Assembly: GCA_963763165.1 (NCBI GenBank)
Contig: CAVXNV010000004.1
Location: forward strand, 292,652-356,651
Length of the DNA stretch: 64,000 nucleotides
Direction of reading: 5' to 3'
Source of the DNA: an uncultured Alphaproteobacteria bacterium
GTDB lineage: Bacteria; Pseudomonadota; Alphaproteobacteria; Rhodobacterales; Rhodobacteraceae
Below are positions 60,924 to 64,000 of this stretch, in pieces (the stretch's first letter is position 1; each line of letters opens with the position of its first letter). The position numbers and the translations under genes are program-made. The notes under the pieces are model-generated. The model saw nothing but the letters and a program-made list of their open reading frames with translations, searched no databases and was not told the origin of the DNA.

Positions 60924-60962
60924 CCGCTTCGTTCAGCGACACGCCATGACTGAGGAACCGAA

Positions 60963-62045
60963 ATGACCGAAATGCATCCCGAACCCATGCTCGAGGTTGC
61001 GAATGTCGTGCACAAGTACGGGCGGGTCACTGCGCTGTCCAACGTCTCGCTGTCGGCCGGCAAGGGCGAATTCCTTACCATTCTGGGCTCCAGCGGCTCC
61101 GGCAAGACCACCCTTTTGCGGGTCATCTCCGGCCTGGAGATACCATATTCCGTCGATCGCTTGCGCATCGGCGGTGAAGATGTCGTCGGCCTTCCCGCGG
61201 CGAAGCGCAACTGCACCACGGTATTTCAAAATTACGCCCTGTTTCCGCACATGAACGTGATCGAGAACGTGGCCTACGGCCTGAAAATCCGCGGGCGCGC
61301 GCCGCGCGATGCGACTCGCCTGGCCCGGGAAGCGCTCGAGATGGTGCAGCTTGGCAGCAAGGCGGACAGGTCCATCCGCCAGTTGTCAGGCGGTGAGCGG
61401 CAGAGGGTGGCGCTGGCGCGGGCGGTGGTGACGCGCCCGGCCGTCCTTTTGCTCGATGAGCCGCTGGGGGCCCTCGATGAAAGGCTGCGTCAGGACATGC
61501 AGCTCGAGTTGATGGAACTGCAGCGCAAGCTCGACATGACGTTCGTCTATATCACGCACAGCCAGGAGGAAGCCCTGACCATGAGCGACCGCGTCGTGCT
61601 GATGCGGAACGGCCGGATCGAGCAGAGTGGCAGGCCGCTCGAGCTGTTCGACCGTCCGGTCACGCGGTTCGCGGCGGACTTCATGGGCTACGAGAATATT
61701 CTTTCCGGGCGACTTCTGAAACGAGACGCCGACATCGGCCAGGTCGAGCTCGAGGGCGGCGCGGTGATGCAAGGCACGCTCGCCACCTCTGAGGCACAGC
61801 CGGGCAGCTCCGTGAACATCGCGGTACGCGCGGAACGCATCGGGGCGGTCGGGCCCGGCGAAGAAGGCATAGGCGGCACCCTGGGGACACGTATCTACCG
61901 GGGCAAGTACACGGACATGCTGCTCGACACCGCGGCTGGAACCCTGCGCCTGCGGAGTTGGCACGGGGCACCGGGAGAAGACGAGGCCCTGACACGGGTC
62001 GGCTGGAAACCGGGCGATGCCGTCATCTTCCCCGAACACGCGTGA
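60963..62045 (+). CDS. ABC ATPase, PotA-like
   Basis: GSSGSGKTT, VFQNYALFPH, LSGGERQR, LLLDEP, ITHSQEEA, TOBE-like C-terminus. Confidence 0.95.
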   Translation: MTEMHPEPMLEVANVVHKYGRVTALSNVSLSAGKGEFLTILGSSGSGKTTLLRVISGLEIPYSVDRLRIGGEDVVGLPAAKRNCTTVFQNYALFPHMNVIENVAYGLKIRGRAPRDATRLAREALEMVQLGSKADRSIRQLSGGERQRVALARAVVTRPAVLLLDEPLGALDERLRQDMQLELMELQRKLDMTFVYITHSQEEALTMSDRVVLMRNGRIEQSGRPLELFDRPVTRFAADFMGYENILSGRLLKRDADIGQVELEGGAVMQGTLATSEAQPGSSVNIAVRAERIGAVGPGEEGIGGTLGTRIYRGKYTDMLLDTAAGTLRLRSWHGAPGEDEALTRVGWKPGDAVIFPEHA

Positions 62046-62126
62046 CGCACGCGGCGCTCGGGGCTTGCCGGCCGTACGGCCGGAACAAGAGAACCGCCCG
62101 TCGGGCGGCCAACAGGAGAGAGAAAG

Positions 62127-63335
62127 ATGAAGGACAAGTTTTCCACTTTCGACCAGATTGAGCTGACGCGGCGCGGCATGTTGCGCGGCATGAGTGCTCT
62201 TGCCGGAACGGCGGCGCTTGGCGCGGCGGGATTTGCTCCGCGCAGCCTTGCCGCACAGGACATGCCTTTGGTGAAGGCCTATGGCGTTCCGACCGCCGCG
62301 CTGAAAGACTGGTCTCCCATGGAGGCCAGCATCGGGGTGCGGTGCGAACTGAACGGTACCTCCAACGATGTCGGTGTCTTCATGCGCGACATCATGGCGT
62401 CGAACCTCGGCGAGACCACCGACATCTATATCTTCGAGAGCGGCACCGAGGACATCCTCGGGCCGCGTGGGCTCTATGCCAAGATCGACCCCGAGCATCC
62501 TGAACTGAAGCTCTGGGAGCGGACCTCCGACAGCTGGAAGCGGTCGCCGGTGGTGACCGATGCCGAAGGTACCCAATGGGGCGTTCCGGTGATCGGCAAC
62601 GCGGACAGTTTCGGCTACGTGCCCGAAGCACTCGGTCTCGATCCCGACAGCGAGGAAGAGCTTTCGTGGTCGCTGATGTTCGTGGACGAGGAGACCCGCG
62701 GGCGTGTCGCCTATGGTCAGGGCTGGACGTATTCGATGCCGTCTGCGGCGCTTTATCTCAAGGCGACGGGCCAGGCTGAGATTGAAGACGTCGCGGACAT
62801 GACACCGGAGGAGGCGACCGTCGTGGCGGACTTCCTCGTCGAGCGAAAGCGCGCTGGTCAGTTCCGGACTCTTTACGGCGCCTTCGAGGAGCAGATCCAG
62901 CTTCTGACCAACAAGGAAGTGGATGTCATCAACTGCTGGGAGCCTGCGGTCCGCGAAGCCAATGCCGTTCTTGGGCCGGATGCCACGAGGTATGCCTATA
63001 CCAAGGAAGGCTACTTCAAGTGGGGGCATGGGGCCTATGTGGCGGCACCAGCGATGGAGCGGGACAACGTCGACGCAATCTACAAGGTGCTCAACTACTT
63101 CCTGGATGGCGAATACCGTGCGCTGCAAGCGCGGGATCGCGGTTATGCCGGTCCGAACATGGATCTCGGCGTTGCCTATGCAGAGGAACAGGGGTGGTCC
63201 GAAGAGGAGATTGCGGCGCTGAAGGCAACCGAGGCCAAGGTGAACCGGAAGTTCGAAAAGCCCTTCACCTCCACGACGACTCCGCAGAACGCTTCGGAAA
63301 TCGAGGAGCAGTGGCAGCGTTTCCTCAACGCATGA
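62127..63335 (+). CDS. ABC substrate-binding protein (PotD/F-like) with Tat signal
   Basis: TRRGMLRG twin-arginine leader with AxA-type site; YAYTKEGYFKWGHG, YKVLNYFL. Confidence 0.88.
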   Translation: MKDKFSTFDQIELTRRGMLRGMSALAGTAALGAAGFAPRSLAAQDMPLVKAYGVPTAALKDWSPMEASIGVRCELNGTSNDVGVFMRDIMASNLGETTDIYIFESGTEDILGPRGLYAKIDPEHPELKLWERTSDSWKRSPVVTDAEGTQWGVPVIGNADSFGYVPEALGLDPDSEEELSWSLMFVDEETRGRVAYGQGWTYSMPSAALYLKATGQAEIEDVADMTPEEATVVADFLVERKRAGQFRTLYGAFEEQIQLLTNKEVDVINCWEPAVREANAVLGPDATRYAYTKEGYFKWGHGAYVAAPAMERDNVDAIYKVLNYFLDGEYRALQARDRGYAGPNMDLGVAYAEEQGWSEEEIAALKATEAKVNRKFEKPFTSTTTPQNASEIEEQWQRFLNA

Positions 63336-63431
63336 CGCCATAGCTGGCCCCTGCCAGAGGCGGGGGCCGACGTCGTCGGTCTGCGCCGCCGTTGGGCGGC
63401 GCTGCCGATATCACGGACGACAGGAAGAGAC

Positions 63432-64000
63432 ATGACGATGGACGCCGAGATGGATGCGGATATGGCTCGGACGGAGGCGGGCAGGCGGCGGACCCGCAAG
63501 GGGCGCCGCATCCCGCCCGACCAGCTTGCCCTTTGGGCAATCTGCCTTGGATGGGCCGTGCTCGTCATTGTGCCCCTGATCATCCTCTTGGTCTTCAGTT
63601 TCTTCAGTACCGAGTATTTTCAGACGGTTTACGAACCGACACTCGATACCTGGAAGGGGCTCTTCGCGTCCGGCCGCTGGGAGGTGACGCTGCGGACGCT
63701 GCGGATCGCCTTGACCGTGACGCTGATCGAGCTCGCAGTCGGGTTCCCGTTCGCGCTCTGGCTCGCAAAGGGCACGAAGAACAAGCCGACCCAGGCGGTC
63801 TTGCTGGCCCTTCTGACGATCCCCTTCTTCCTCGACCTGTCGTCGCGCACAATCGTCTGGCGCGCGATCCTCGGGCAGAACGGGTTGATCAATACAGTCC
63901 TGGTCTCTACCGGCTTGAGTGACGCCCCGCTCGACTGGTTGCTCTACACCGAATTCTCGGTGCATTTCGGTATGATACCGGCACTTTTTCCGCCAATGGT
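63432..64000 (+). CDS. ABC permease PotB-like (partial, runs off the window)
   Basis: Absent from the ORF track because it has no stop in the window; ATG 63432 gives ...IVPLIILLVFSF...TLRIALTVTLIELAVGFPFALWL...LTIPF...R..WRAILGQNGLIN. Confidence 0.9.
   Translation, partial: MTMDAEMDADMARTEAGRRRTRKGRRIPPDQLALWAICLGWAVLVIVPLIILLVFSFFSTEYFQTVYEPTLDTWKGLFASGRWEVTLRTLRIALTVTLIELAVGFPFALWLAKGTKNKPTQAVLLALLTIPFFLDLSSRTIVWRAILGQNGLINTVLVSTGLSDAPLDWLLYTEFSVHFGMIPALFPPM

Overview
High-GC alphaproteobacterial (Rhodobacterales/roseobacter-like) chromosome in three zones. (1) 1-~18950 is an accessory region full of IS debris (IS1595, IS3, IS256 and IS110 remnants). It holds a type III PKS + ICMT-type methyltransferase + truncated MMPL, an orphan SAM methyltransferase, a LAB_N/ArnT/GT2 envelope-modification trio, and a tightly coupled 4-gene operon led by a 1914-aa MnxG-like multicopper oxidase with a complete, permuted copper-ligand set. 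(2) ~19200-51231 is core genome: amidohydrolase, frameshifted M20 dipeptidase, hemA with an FnrL box, rodZ-like, ispG, dsbA, M48 protease, amidase, PBP1A, prfB, Rieske oxygenase, ilvIH with a leader-peptide attenuator, agmatinase, guaB, rsmB-like, cckA with a CtrA box, ocd, arginase, Lrp, dsbB, yqaA and tRNA-Leu(CAA). (3) After the tRNA lies an island with a DNA methyltransferase remnant, an intact IS3-family element and a GntR-controlled catabolic locus. That locus combines a PxpABC-like lactamase, a hydroxylysine-kinase-like phosphotransferase, a class III PLP enzyme, a PotABD-like ABC importer and a translationally coupled, strongly degenerate GroEL-like protein that lacks the canonical ATPase residues and has no GroES. 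The degenerate-chaperonin catabolic locus and the giant MCO operon are the best candidates for undescribed systems. All calls come from reading motifs by eye; no database searches were run.
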